DNA from: Vulcanimicrobiota bacterium
GTDB taxonomy: Bacteria > Vulcanimicrobiota > Vulcanimicrobiia > Vulcanimicrobiales > Vulcanimicrobiaceae
Reading direction: 5' to 3'
DNA length: 64,000 nucleotides
Assembly: GCA_963777315.1 (NCBI GenBank)
Contig: CAVZQC010000001.1
Span: 320,001 to 384,000, forward strand
Made by a program: the position numbers and the translations under genes. The notes beneath the pieces are model-generated. The model was not told the DNA's origin. It ran no database searches and saw nothing but the letters and a program-made list of their open reading frames with translations. Below are positions 30,148 to 40,692 of the stretch, one piece after another; the stretch's first letter is position 1, and each line of letters begins with the position of its first letter.

Positions 30148-30443
30148 TCCGGCACTTGGAACGTCGTGACCGGCTCGTCCCAGTTCTTTAGAGCGCGCCC
30201 CTTGGGGTTCGCCCTCTCTCCGGCACCGACGTTGTCGTCGATTCCGCGGGCAATATCGTGCAGCTGCCCCGGCGTCAAACGCGGATCGAACGCGCGCATG
30301 CGCTCGGCAAAGGCGCGGGCAAAGTCGGAAACCTTGCGTTTTTGGGCCGGTGAAGCGGTGGCGGAAGGCATGGGCGAGGGCGGAGCGGCAGCGATCAGCG
30401 GGACCGAGGCGATCGCGGTAATGAAGTGCTTTCGCGTCGACAT
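30144..30443 (-). CDS. Small hypothetical protein coupled to the amidase (GatC-like partner with Tat-like N-terminus)
   Basis: ATGA overlap with the amidase start; STRKHF plus hydrophobic stretch; C-terminal LKNWDEPVTTF. Confidence 0.65.
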   Translation of the reverse strand: MSTRKHFITAIASVPLIAAAPPSPMPSATASPAQKRKVSDFARAFAERMRAFDPRLTPGQLHDIARGIDDNVGAGERANPKGRALKNWDEPVTTFQVPE

Positions 30444-30469
30444 GGAACGCTCTTCGCGGCGCTGCTGCG

Positions 30470-32173
30470 CTATACTTCCATCACCACCGGTACGATGACG
30501 GGGCGGCGTTTGTAGCGCGCGTGGATCGCTTTGGCAAGTCCGGTGCGAATGTGTTCCTTGACCGTGTTGGCGTCTCGAATGCCTTCCACAGGAACTTCTT
30601 CTATCAGCGTCACGAGCTGCGCACGCAGTTCCTCCATCACGCCGTCGGCTTCGGGCACGTAAAAAACGCCCCGCGAAACCAGATCGGGCCCCGCGATGAC
30701 GCGCGCCTCTTCGCTGTCGATTGTGACGACAACCATCATGAACCCGTCGGCCGCGAGCAGCCGCCTATCGCGCAACACCGCTTCGCCCACGTCGCCGACG
30801 CTCGAGCCGTCCACCAGCACGTGGCCGCCGTACGTCTTTCCAATCTTGTCGCCGTAGTCGTGGGTGAATTCGAGCACGTCGCCGTTTTCTACGACGAAGA
30901 CGTTGCGGGCATCCACCCCCGTGCGTTCCGCGAGTTTTCCATGCTGGACGAGCATGCGGTATTCGCCGTGCACGGGGACGAAAAATTCCGGTCTGACGAG
31001 ATTGAGCATCAGCAGAAGCTCTTCTTGCGAAGCGTGACCCGAGACGTGCGATCGTCCGTCGGTTCCGTGCACGACGTTGGCTCCCAGCCGGCACAGGTTG
31101 TTGATCGTTTTGTAAACGCCTTTCTCGTTGCCGGGGATCGGAGTCGCGCTGATCACCACGGTGTCGCCGGGAACGATCTTGAACTTGCCGTGGTCTCGAA
31201 CGGACATGCGCGTGAGCGCGCTCATCGGCTCGCCCTGCGAACCGGTCGTCATGACGACGACTTTTTCGGGCGGAAATTCGTCCGTCTGCTCGATCCTGAT
31301 CGTCCGATCGGCCGGTACGCGCAAATAGCCCAGTTCGCCGGCGAAATGCACCACGTTGGTGAGCGAGCGTCCTAAAAATGCAATCTTGCGGTCGAACAGC
31401 ACCGCATGGTCGATGACTTGCTGGATGCGCGGAACGTTGGAGGCGAAAGAGGCGACGATGATGCGGCCTTTGGCATGCGAAAAAACGTTGGTGAAGGCTT
31501 CGCCGACGATCCGTTCCGACTGCGTGTGTCCGGGACGTTCGGCATTCGTACTGTCCGAAAGCATGCACAGGACGCCTTGGTCTCCCACGCGCGCGATCGC
31601 CGCAAAGTCGGCCGGTTTGCCGTCGATGGGCGTTTGATCGAATTTGAAATCGCCGGTGTGAAAGATCGTTCCCAGCGGCGTTCGCAATGCCAGCGCGCAC
31701 GCGCCGGAGACCGAGTGATTGATGTGGATGAACTCGGCCTCAATCTCGCCGTACGCGATGCGGTCGCCCGGCGCAACGGTGACGAACTGCGCTTCCCCCA
31801 TCATTTTATGATCCCGCGACTTTGCTTTGATCAGCGCATTGGTCAGCGGCGTGCCGACCACCGGGACGTTGAACTCGCGCAGCAGGTAGGGAATGCCGCC
31901 GATGTGATCCTCGTGACCGTGGGTTACCAAAACCGCGCGGAACTTTTCGCGGCGTTCGCGGATGTACGTGAAGTCGTTGATCACGATGTCAACGCCGTAC
32001 ATCTCTTCGTCGGGGAACATCAGCCCGCAGTCCACGGCAACCATGTCGGCGGCCGTCTCGAGCAGCGTCATGTTGCGGCCGATCTCGCCGCATCCGCCCA
32101 GCGGGATGATGCGCAAGTACGGTTCGCCGGGCGGCTGCGGCACGATCAGCGGGTGGGCCGCCGAGTCAAGCAT
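30470..32173 (-). CDS. rnj: Ribonuclease J
   Basis: PLGGCGEIGRNM, THGHEDHIG, HTGDFKFD, SDSTNA, GSQGEP, HVSGHA, PVHGEYR. Confidence 0.96.
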   Translation of the reverse strand: MLDSAAHPLIVPQPPGEPYLRIIPLGGCGEIGRNMTLLETAADMVAVDCGLMFPDEEMYGVDIVINDFTYIRERREKFRAVLVTHGHEDHIGGIPYLLREFNVPVVGTPLTNALIKAKSRDHKMMGEAQFVTVAPGDRIAYGEIEAEFIHINHSVSGACALALRTPLGTIFHTGDFKFDQTPIDGKPADFAAIARVGDQGVLCMLSDSTNAERPGHTQSERIVGEAFTNVFSHAKGRIIVASFASNVPRIQQVIDHAVLFDRKIAFLGRSLTNVVHFAGELGYLRVPADRTIRIEQTDEFPPEKVVVMTTGSQGEPMSALTRMSVRDHGKFKIVPGDTVVISATPIPGNEKGVYKTINNLCRLGANVVHGTDGRSHVSGHASQEELLLMLNLVRPEFFVPVHGEYRMLVQHGKLAERTGVDARNVFVVENGDVLEFTHDYGDKIGKTYGGHVLVDGSSVGDVGEAVLRDRRLLAADGFMMVVVTIDSEEARVIAGPDLVSRGVFYVPEADGVMEELRAQLVTLIEEVPVEGIRDANTVKEHIRTGLAKAIHARYKRRPVIVPVVMEV

Positions 32174-32208
32174 CTTGGCAGCAGGTCGCTTCGGCGTGAT
32201 GGAGCGGC

Positions 32209-32481
32209 ATGCTCTTTCGTTACCCCGCCGCGCTGGCACTGACCTTGGCTCTGTCCGCGCCGGCCTCCGCTCCGAAAAGCGTGGGCCACGCTCGTCGTCC
32301 GACGCAGTTGCATGCTGCGTCTACGGTTCGCGTCGACGATCTCTATTCGCGCCGCGCGCTGCGGCGCGCGAGGATTATCCTGCAGTTGAAGCTCCTCGAG
32401 CTGCGCGCCGAACGGCTGGAACGCGTGCGTAAAGCGTTGAAACGCAGCATCCCGATCGATCGATTGCTCGACGACTTTTGA
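32209..32481 (+). CDS. Small hypothetical secreted, basic protein
   Basis: Signal peptide-like MLFRYPAALALTLALSAPASA and an Arg-rich coiled-coil-like C-terminus. Confidence 0.5.
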   Translation: MLFRYPAALALTLALSAPASAPKSVGHARRPTQLHAASTVRVDDLYSRRALRRARIILQLKLLELRAERLERVRKALKRSIPIDRLLDDF

Positions 32482-32580
32482 CGTCCCGGCGCGCTCAGAC
32501 AGGCCGCCTTCGCGACGCCCGTGAAACAATGCGCGACCGATTTGCGTACGAGCGGTCGGCGTGCTTTTCGTTTGGAGACG

Positions 32581-33321
32581 ATGGGGGGACGCATGGGCAT
32601 ATCCGTACCGGCTGCCGGTAAGGCAAACGGTTTTTCAACGGTTGTAAACGTCATCACCGCCCCGCGCGAAGCGTTTGAAACGCTGCGCATTTCGCCGATG
32701 TGGGGCTGGGCGTTCGTGGCGGCCGTCGTGCTGACCGCCATCGGTCAATACCTGGCAATGCCGGCGACGGTGCACGCGATGCAGGCGTCCTGGCCCGCGC
32801 AAATGGCCTCGAATCCGCAACTGGCCGGAGCCTCGCCGCAGGCGCAGCGCAGCGCGCTCAACATCTCTCTCGCTTTCATCAAATGGTCGTGGGTGTGGTC
32901 GCCGCTGGTCGTGCTGGTCGGCGCGCTCGTGGCGGCGATCGTGATGTTCATCTTCAAAGCAATCGGGCGCGGGGACGCGGGCTTTAAACAGATGTGGTGC
33001 GCCGCTATGAACGTGGCAGTCGTCAGCGCCGGAGTATCGTCGCTCGTCACCGGTTTAATCGCCGTCGTCCGCGGCGCCGACAGCTACAACGCGACGGCCG
33101 ATGCGTACCGCGCGCTTCCTTCGCTGGCGTGGCTGGTTCCGCAGGCGGCGGCGAAGACTTCGGCGTTTCTCGCCGGCTTCAACGTCATCAGCATCTGGGC
33201 GGCAGTATTGATCGTCGTGGCCATGGTGCACCTGGCCAAAACTTCCGCAGCGCTCGGAACCGTTTGCGCCATCGTCATGCTGTGCATCGGCGCGGGAGCG
33301 CTGACCCTGGGCGCCCGCTGA
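32581..33321 (+). CDS. Yip1 family membrane protein (YknW-like)
   Basis: VITAPREAFETL...W motif followed by about 5 TMs; first gene of the exporter operon. Confidence 0.8.
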   Translation: MGGRMGISVPAAGKANGFSTVVNVITAPREAFETLRISPMWGWAFVAAVVLTAIGQYLAMPATVHAMQASWPAQMASNPQLAGASPQAQRSALNISLAFIKWSWVWSPLVVLVGALVAAIVMFIFKAIGRGDAGFKQMWCAAMNVAVVSAGVSSLVTGLIAVVRGADSYNATADAYRALPSLAWLVPQAAAKTSAFLAGFNVISIWAAVLIVVAMVHLAKTSAALGTVCAIVMLCIGAGALTLGAR

Positions 33322-33323
33322 AC

Positions 33324-34665
33324 TTGACGATCTTCCTTCTGCTTTCGCTCTCGCTCTCACAGGCAGTCGGTTACGCTATCGATCAGAGTCCGGCGGTGGC
33401 CAAACAGAAAGGCGTCGTCGCGCAGGCGCAGGCGCAGTACGTGAAGCAGCGTTCGCAGTCGCTGCCCACGCTGAACGGGCAGCTCACCAATCAAATGCAG
33501 AAGTCGGCCAACTATTCAGGCGCTTATGGCCTCATCGGCGCCTCGCAGGCTTCGGTCTTCTCGCAAAATACCGCCCAGATCGGCACGCAGTACACCTACA
33601 ACGGCGGCCTATCGCACTTTCAAAACCTCGTCGCGCAGCAGACGTACCAGCAAGCCAAGGCGGATCTGCGCCGAATCGGCGATCAAATTGCAACCGACGT
33701 GACCAACGGCTTTTACGATTTGGCGAGCAAAACGGAAACCGTTGCGCTGGACGAAGGCGACTTGGGATACCAAAAGGTCCTCGTGGAGATCGCTCGCGCC
33801 AAAGAACGCGCAGGCGTTGCCGCCGGAGTCGACGTGCTCAGCGCCAACGCGCAGGAAGAGAAAAGCCGGTACGCGCTGGAAGCCGCGCAGGCGGGCGCCC
33901 AAAATTCACGCGAATCGCTGGCTCAGCTCATCGGCGCGCCGCTGGACACTCAGTTCGCCGTTTCCGAGCAGGTCGCGCAGCCCGCGCTGCCCGCGCAGCC
34001 TCTCGACGCGTTGGTCGCAACCGCAATCGCAAACCGGCCCGACGTCGTTTCTGCGCAGGAAGGCGTCGACATCGCGCAACTCAACCGCAGGTCGGCCGAC
34101 ACGGACTTGTTTCCGCAAATTCAAACGTTCGCATCCTTCGGCAACCAATTCTCGCCTACGCTTGCGGCGTTGCAGCAAAACCAGCTCAATCTCTTCAACG
34201 CGCAGAACGGCCTGCCGCCGACGGTAGTTCCGCGCGGTGCACCGGGGTTCTGGAACGTCGGGATCACTTCGGGCGTTACCCTGCCGTTTTGGGATTGGGG
34301 CGCACGGCGGGCGAACCATCGAAACCTCGACGAGCAAATCGCGGTTCAGCGCAGCAATTTAGGCGCCACCCGGATTCAGGTGGAGATCGACGTGCGGCAA
34401 GCCTACCGCGGCGCACAGACCGCGCTCGCGCAGTCTGTCGTCGGCGCAAGACGAGACCCGGTACGCCCTGGAAGCCGCGCGGATCGCCAAGCTCCAGTAC
34501 GAGCACGGGATAAAAACGCTCACCGACGTGCTGGCCGCGCAGCAAGCTTCGCTTTCGGCGCAAACCGATCTCTTCGACGCGCGCGTGGCCTACGTCGACG
34601 CCGTCGTAAAACTCCGCGTCGCTCTGGGAACCTACGACGCGCAGTCGGCCGTCGCGGACCTTTAG
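33324..34665 (+). CDS. TolC family outer membrane efflux protein; one-base frameshift at about 34434
   Basis: LSLSQAVGYAIDQSP, ANRPDV, LPFWDWG. Corrected junction AQLSSAQDETRYALEAARIAKLQYEHG...DVLAAQ, ending TAG 34665. Confidence 0.85.
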
Positions 34666-34683
34666 GCGTTAGGAGGATACGGT

Positions 34684-35980
34684 TTGAAACGACTTCCGGT
34701 TTTGCTGGCCGTGATCGTAGGTATCGCCGCCATCCTCGTCGTCGCCAAGTTCGCCAACCGCAGCGGGCAGGGTGCCGGGGTTCCGGTCAAGTTGTTCACG
34801 GTTCGCCCGTCGAGCTTTCAGACCAAGCTTCCGGAAAACGGCGTAGTCCAGCATCCGCGTACCGCAACGGTACCCACGCTCATCGGTGGCAACGTCGATC
34901 AGATCTACGTCAAACCCGGTGACGCGGTCGCAACCGGACAAGTGCTGGCGACCATCGAGAATCCGACGCTGGAATCCACGGCTGCGGGCTCGCAGGCCGA
35001 CTACACGTCGGCGGTCGCCAACATTCGCACGGCGCGCATCAACGAGCAGAACGCGCGAGTGACCTATCGGGCGCAGGTCCAGACCGCCAAGGCGGACTAC
35101 GGCGAAGCGCTGCGCGTCTACAAAGCCGATCTTTCCCTGTACGAAAACAAGGCGATCCCGCGCAATCAGGTGGATACCGACAAAGCAGCGCTGGAGAAAG
35201 CGCGCGTCGCGTACGATCAGGCGGTGCGCCAGCTGCAGCTCGGAGCCGTTACGGGCTACGGCGAGAACAGCGTGCAGTACGCGCAGGCCGCTGCGCAAAA
35301 GGCGGCAATCACCAACCGGGCCAATCAAGAACAGCTGTCGTTCACGCGCGTAACGGCCCCCTTCTCGGGCGTCGTTCAAAGCGTCGCCACGCAGCCGGGA
35401 GATCCGCTTACTCCGCTTCGGCAAGGCGACCCCGTGTCGCAAGGACAAATGCTGTTCACGATCGCCAAAGCCGGCAGTCTACGTCGTGAAAGCTCAAGTG
35501 GACGAGCAAGACGTGATCAGCGTGCGCGTCGGTCAGCCGGCCATCGTTTCGGGCCAGGATTTTCCGGGGCGGCATATCGCAGGGCACGTCGCCCGGATAG
35601 ATCCCGTCGCGATTAAATCGACGGACGCGTCGAGCACCGCCAAGCAAGTCGTTACGACCATCCGTCTGGACAGCTCGCCGGAGTACCTCAAAGACGGTAT
35701 GACCGTCGACGTGGACATTCTCACATCCAACGTGCGCAACGCGCTCACCGTGCCGAACGACGCGGTTTCCAGCGACAACGGCAAGTCCTATGTGTACGTC
35801 GTTCGCAAGGGCGTCGCCCACAAGACGTGGATTCGCACCGGGCAGTCCAACGACGCCGTAACGATCGTCCAAGCCGGCATAACGCCGGGGCAAGTGATCG
35901 TCGCGCAGAAAATGCCTGCGCTCAAAGACGGCGCTCGCGTGACTCCCGCGCCTTCGGCTGCACCCCTTTCGGCCTCGTGA
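34684..35980 (+). CDS. Efflux periplasmic adaptor (MacA/HlyD family); one-base frameshift at about 35478
   Basis: GGAGG RBS; IYVKPGDAVATGQVL, VTAPFSGVV, corrected AGSYVVKAQVDEQD, LTVPNDAV. Confidence 0.88.
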
Positions 35981-37170
35981 CGCGAACGCTGGCCTACGTG
36001 GGCGAAGCGGCGGCGGCACTGTGGCGCAACCGCACGCGCTCGGTTCTCACGATGCTCGGCATGATCATCGGCACGGCGTCGATCATCGCGGTCTTCGGCA
36101 TCAGCAAAGGCGCAACCAGCGGTATCAGCGCGACGATCTCATCGTTCGGTTCCGCGCCGGTATTCGTGTACGTCGACACGACGCAAGACTATCCGCAGTA
36201 CGCTCAGATTCAGTTTCGCGACGTGACGGCCGTGGCAGCGGCGCTGGGAGATCAGGCGGCCGAAGTGCTGCCGTATTACCAGCGCGTTTGGCAAGTCCGC
36301 TACGGGAACACTACCCAGTACGTTCCCGTAAGCGCCGACGGAGCGTACCATCCTGAAACGCAGCCCATGGCGCAAGGCCGCAAGATCAGCCAAAACGACG
36401 TGGATTCGGCTGCTCGCGTTGCGACGATCACGGCGGACGTCGCGCAAAAGCTGTTCGGCAATGCGGACCCCCTAGGCAAAGAGATCTCGATCGACGGCAC
36501 GCATTTTACCGTCGCCGGCGTGTACCGGCGGCTGCAAGGCTCGTTCTTCAACGCGCTCGCCGGCAGCAACGCCGTCGTCATTCCGTATACGACTTTTCAC
36601 CGAATCATGCCCGGCACGCTGGACGGTCTGCTGATCTATCCCAGCGCCGGATCGGACGTGGCGCAATTGATCGCCAGCACCAAAAAGGCGCTGCAGCACG
36701 CGCATGGGCCGCGCTCGCAGTACGACGACCAAAACGGCGAATCGCAGATCCAGGCCTTCGAAAACGTCTTGAGCATCATCGGTACCGGGCTGTCGGCCAT
36801 CGGCGGAGTCGCTTTGGTGGTCGCGGGCATCGGAATCATGAACATCATGCTCGTGTCCGTCACCGAACGCACCCGCGAGATCGGCATCCGCAAATCGATC
36901 GGCGCGAGCCGCAACGACATCGCGCTGCAATTCCTGATGGAAGCGCTGCTGCTCGCGCTGCTGGGGGGAGGGGCCGGCATGCTCTTGGGCTTGGCGGCGA
37001 CGATCGGCGGCGCGCAACTGATCAGCAACCAGCTCGGCGCAGTCATCATTCCCTACGTGCTGATCGTTTCGCTGGCTTTGGGTTTTTCGATAGCGGTCGG
37101 AACGATCTTCGGCATGTATCCGGCGCTGCGCGCCGCCCGAATGGACCCTATCGAGGCGCTGCGATCGTGA
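35977..37170 (+). CDS. MacB/FtsX-type ABC permease (1)
   Basis: RSVLTMLGMIIG; GIGIMNIMLVSVTERTREIGIRKSIGA; YPALRAARMDPIEALR. Confidence 0.95.
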   Translation: MTRTLAYVGEAAAALWRNRTRSVLTMLGMIIGTASIIAVFGISKGATSGISATISSFGSAPVFVYVDTTQDYPQYAQIQFRDVTAVAAALGDQAAEVLPYYQRVWQVRYGNTTQYVPVSADGAYHPETQPMAQGRKISQNDVDSAARVATITADVAQKLFGNADPLGKEISIDGTHFTVAGVYRRLQGSFFNALAGSNAVVIPYTTFHRIMPGTLDGLLIYPSAGSDVAQLIASTKKALQHAHGPRSQYDDQNGESQIQAFENVLSIIGTGLSAIGGVALVVAGIGIMNIMLVSVTERTREIGIRKSIGASRNDIALQFLMEALLLALLGGGAGMLLGLAATIGGAQLISNQLGAVIIPYVLIVSLALGFSIAVGTIFGMYPALRAARMDPIEALRS

Positions 37171-37177
37171 GCCGAAC

Positions 37178-38371
37178 GTGATGTACCTGGACGAGGCGCT
37201 GCGCGTGCTGCTGGCAAACAAGGTGCGCTCGCTGCTGACCATCACCGGGCTGATTATCGGCGTGGGTGCGGTCATCGCCATTCAAGTATTGGGCAAGAGC
37301 ATGGCGGGCGCCGTGGGAGGCGCCTTGGGAAGCATGTCTGACGATTCGTTTTTCCTGCAGCCCAATCCGACGCAGGCAAACGTCGAACGCGCGATGGTAA
37401 CGCGCTCGGATCTCGTCGCACTGGCCGGCGTTCCCAACGTCACCGCGGCAATCCCGCTGATGGGCGCAAACGATCTCGTACGGCATGGCCACCAGCAGGC
37501 GCGCTACTTCATTACGGGCGACGCGGCGCAGCCTATCAACGATTCGCCGCTGCAGTTCGGCCGCCGCTTGAGCGACGAGGACGTCGACGGCGCCACGAAC
37601 GTTTGCGTCATCTCCGACCGCGCGTACCGCAAATTATTTGCGCCCGGCGGCGACCCGCTAGGCGAAAGCATTTATGCGGGCGTCCACCGGTACGTCGTCG
37701 TAGGCGTGCTCGCGCCGCCCCGCAGCGGGTTGCTGAACTTCAGCTTCGGAGGCGACGTATACGCGCCGTACACCACGGTGATGAAGCAGTATCTGCACGG
37801 GGACCGCGTCGGATCGGCCCGCATCATCGTACGGGACGCGGGGCAGCTAGCGATGACCGAAGTGGCGGTCATCGCCAAGATGCGCGATCTGCACGGCAAC
37901 GCGCGCCTGCAGTACACCACTTTCGACAAAGCGCAGCTGACCAAAGGGATCGACGGGATATTCGGCGTGATGACCATTGCGGTTGGCTTCATCGGCGCGG
38001 TTTCGCTGCTGGTCGCCGGCATCGGCATCATGAACATCATGCTCGTGTCGGTAACGGAGCGCACGCGCGAAATCGGCGTCCGCAAAGCCATCGGCGCGCG
38101 CCGCGGGCAGATTCTGCTGCAGTTCTTTATCGAGGGCTTGATGCTGTGCGGGCTGGGATGCGCGATCGGCATGCTGCTTGGACTGGCGATAGGCGGGGCG
38201 GTCAATTCGCTGGCGATCGTCAAGCTGACCGGTTACGCTGCGCCGCTGCCTTGGGCGCAGTCGCTGCTCATCACCGCCGCGTTCACGATCTTCGTCACGT
38301 TGGCGTTCGGCACGTACCCCGCATATCGCGCCGCCCAGCTCGACCCCATCGAAGCGCTGCGCTATGAGTGA
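37178..38371 (+). CDS. MacB/FtsX-type ABC permease (2)
   Basis: RSLLTITGLIIG; NIMLVSVTERTREIGVRKAIGA; YPAYRAAQLDPIEALRYE. Confidence 0.95.
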   Translation: MMYLDEALRVLLANKVRSLLTITGLIIGVGAVIAIQVLGKSMAGAVGGALGSMSDDSFFLQPNPTQANVERAMVTRSDLVALAGVPNVTAAIPLMGANDLVRHGHQQARYFITGDAAQPINDSPLQFGRRLSDEDVDGATNVCVISDRAYRKLFAPGGDPLGESIYAGVHRYVVVGVLAPPRSGLLNFSFGGDVYAPYTTVMKQYLHGDRVGSARIIVRDAGQLAMTEVAVIAKMRDLHGNARLQYTTFDKAQLTKGIDGIFGVMTIAVGFIGAVSLLVAGIGIMNIMLVSVTERTREIGVRKAIGARRGQILLQFFIEGLMLCGLGCAIGMLLGLAIGGAVNSLAIVKLTGYAAPLPWAQSLLITAAFTIFVTLAFGTYPAYRAAQLDPIEALRYE

Positions 38372-39089
38372 TGCGCGCTGCGTCATCGAAGTCCGGGACG
38401 TAACCAAAACATATTCTTCGGGCACGCTGCAGGTGCAGGCGCTGGCAGGTGTGTCGTTTACGATTCGAGCGGGCGAGTATCTAGCGATAATGGGGCCGTC
38501 GGGTTCGGGCAAATCGACGCTGATGAACGTGCTGGGATGTCTGGACCGCGCGACGACGGGCACGTATTTGCTCGACGGCGCCGACGTTTCCAATTTGGAC
38601 GACAACCAGCTCGCGCAGATTCGTTTGAAAAAGCTTGGCTTCGTTTTCCAAGGTTTCAACCTGCTCGCGCGCACGGACGCGGCCAAAAACGTCGCTCTGC
38701 CGCTCTTCTACGCGGGCGTGAGCGCAAAGGAACGCAACGCGGCCGCGATGCGGCAACTTGCCGAGGTCGGGCTGGCCGATCGCGGCCGCCACAAGCCCAG
38801 CGAGCTCTCCGGAGGGCAGCAGCAGCGCGTGGCGATAGCCCGCGCACTCGTCAACGATCCGGCCGTGCTGCTCGCCGACGAGCCCACCGGCAATCTCGAC
38901 TCCAAAACGAGCGCCGAGATCCTCGCGCTGTTCGGCAGGCTCAGCGGGGCCGGGCACACGATCATCATGGTGACGCACGACGAAAACGTCGCTTCCCATG
39001 CCGCGCGAGTGCTTCGAATGCTCGACGGTCTGATTATTTCCGACGGCCCTTCGGCTCAGCCGGGCGGCAGGCTTCTCATCAAATCCTAA
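38364..39089 (+). CDS. ABC ATP-binding subunit (LolD/MacB-like)
   Basis: GPSGSGKS, LSGGQQQRVAIARAL, LADEPTGNLD, VTHD. Confidence 0.96.
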   Translation: MSDARCVIEVRDVTKTYSSGTLQVQALAGVSFTIRAGEYLAIMGPSGSGKSTLMNVLGCLDRATTGTYLLDGADVSNLDDNQLAQIRLKKLGFVFQGFNLLARTDAAKNVALPLFYAGVSAKERNAAAMRQLAEVGLADRGRHKPSELSGGQQQRVAIARALVNDPAVLLADEPTGNLDSKTSAEILALFGRLSGAGHTIIMVTHDENVASHAARVLRMLDGLIISDGPSAQPGGRLLIKS

Positions 39090-39196
39090 GGGCTGCGGGC
39101 GCTACTTTTTTACGCGCGCAGGGTAGAAATCGCCATACCGCCCATTCTTTACGGCACCTGCCGTTTCCAGGGGCGTTCGCTCCATTAAGTTGAGGA

Positions 39197-40450
39197 ATGT
39201 TGAGAAATCGCGCATTGCCCACGGCCATCGTCGCTTTGGTGGGCGCAGTCGTCGGCTCGTTCGTGATGATGCTCTATGCGAGCACCCACTTTTCGAACAT
39301 CGCCGGCCCGAATAACACTCCGCCTGCGGTCAGCGCCGCTCCGCTCACCGGAGGCAGCGACCAAGACCGGATCGTCAGCGCGGTCAAACGCGCCAAGCCC
39401 GCCGTAGTCGCCATTACGATTACGGTCAATGGAAAGCAGTACATCCCGGTGGATCCCTTCCTGCAGCAGTTTTTCGGCCAGCAGGGACCCGGAATCGTGC
39501 AGCCGTACCGCGGCAAAGCCTCCGGATCGGGATTCGTGTACAACACCAAGGGTGATATCGTCACCAACGCGCACGTCGTGCGGCCGCCGATTTCGGGCGC
39601 GCAGGTCAGCAATATCACGGTGACGTTTCCCAACGGCACCCACGCGAACGCGCATTTAGTGTCGGCGAACATCGGCGCCGATCTTGCCATCATTCACGTC
39701 GATACCAAGAATTTGCCGCCGCCGCTGGCGTTGGCCGATTCCGACAAGCTGCAGCAAGGCCAATGGGCAATCGCAATCGGTGAACCTTACGAGCTGCAGC
39801 AAAGCGTGACGGTGGGCGTCGTTTCCGCATTCAACCGCAGCGAACCAATCACGACCGAAACGGGTCAAACGCTGACGTTCAAAGGCCTGCTGCAGACCTC
39901 GGCGCCGATCAATCCGGGCAACTCCGGAGGCCCGCTGGTCGACGCGAACGGTGAAGTCATCGGCGTCAACCAGTCCACCTTGCGCGGCGGCGCCGAAGGC
40001 ATCGGCTTTGCGATTCCGTCCAATACCGTCAGACGCGTGGTCGATCAGATGATCGCGCACCCGGGCATTACCGAGCCGCCTGTGCAGGCGTTTTTGGGCG
40101 TGGGCCTGGCGCCGATCACGCAAGGCTTCCGCAACCAGACCGGCTACCGCGATCAGGGCGGCGTCGGGGTGGCGCAAGTCATCAGCGGCTCTTCCGCCGA
40201 TCGAGCGAACATCAATCCGGGGGACGTCATCCTCAAGTTGAACGGCAAGGCCTACAACAACGTCCGCGACCTCCAAAACGCCATCGGCAAGCTGCGCAGC
40301 GGCGACAAAATAACCCTCGAGATATGGTCGCAGGGGACAAAACGCCTCGTGCAGGTCACCCTCGGGTCGCGGCCGGCAGGCACGAGTTACCAGCAGCCGC
40401 AGGACCAGCAGCCCCCAGACGAGCAGCCCGGCGACCAGCAGGGCCCCTAA
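39197..40450 (+). CDS. htrA: HtrA/DegP-family serine protease with one PDZ domain
   Basis: TM anchor, TNAHVV, DLA, INPGNSGG, PDZ (FLGVG...GDVI). Confidence 0.93.
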   Translation: MLRNRALPTAIVALVGAVVGSFVMMLYASTHFSNIAGPNNTPPAVSAAPLTGGSDQDRIVSAVKRAKPAVVAITITVNGKQYIPVDPFLQQFFGQQGPGIVQPYRGKASGSGFVYNTKGDIVTNAHVVRPPISGAQVSNITVTFPNGTHANAHLVSANIGADLAIIHVDTKNLPPPLALADSDKLQQGQWAIAIGEPYELQQSVTVGVVSAFNRSEPITTETGQTLTFKGLLQTSAPINPGNSGGPLVDANGEVIGVNQSTLRGGAEGIGFAIPSNTVRRVVDQMIAHPGITEPPVQAFLGVGLAPITQGFRNQTGYRDQGGVGVAQVISGSSADRANINPGDVILKLNGKAYNNVRDLQNAIGKLRSGDKITLEIWSQGTKRLVQVTLGSRPAGTSYQQPQDQQPPDEQPGDQQGP

Positions 40451-40452
40451 AA

Positions 40453-40493
40453 CTTCCCGGGGACCGGCGCCTGCCGGTCCCCCGCTCGGGAAG
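40453..40493 (+). terminator. GC-rich hairpin after htrA (putative terminator or stability element; no U-tract)
   Basis: GGGGACCGGC-GCCT-GCCGGTCCCC stem (40459-40482) inside outer CTTCCCG/CGGGAAG. Confidence 0.5.
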
Positions 40494-40536
40494 GCGACCC
40501 TTGCAACTCGGCCGCGGCGGAATCTGTTCAACTCAT

Positions 40537-40562
40537 TGGAACATTAAGATAGCGATGCCGTA
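40537..40562 (+). promoter_or_regulatory. Putative ECF-sigma promoter upstream of dnaK
   Basis: TGGAAC-N16-CGTA. Confidence 0.4.
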
Positions 40563-40692
40563 CTATAACCGGCACGTAACTATCCTTGCAGCCCGGTAAG
40601 CGGCAAGGCTCATTGTCTCCTACGCGCGCATTTCATTCGCGGTTTGGGGCAAACAACAGCTGGTCCACGGGTTCGGAAAGAGGTACAACTTC

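Noticed and set aside
5574..35980. Pseudogenisation, phase variation or programmed recoding of secA, rodZ, mqnE, tolC, the adaptor and DUF2079
   Set aside because: The genes are otherwise intact and include essential ones. The breaks are not in repeat tracts or slippery sites and share one motif, which points to systematic sequencing error.
36829..38100. Near-identical DNA stretches in the two ABC permease genes
   Set aside because: They encode the highly conserved GIMNIMLVSVTERTREIG motif and differ at synonymous sites, which is ordinary paralogy.
40495..40692. CIRCE (HrcA) or HAIR (HspR) operator before dnaK
   Set aside because: There is only a partial TTGCAACTC half-site with no matching second arm, and no CTTGAGT-N7-ACTCAAG.
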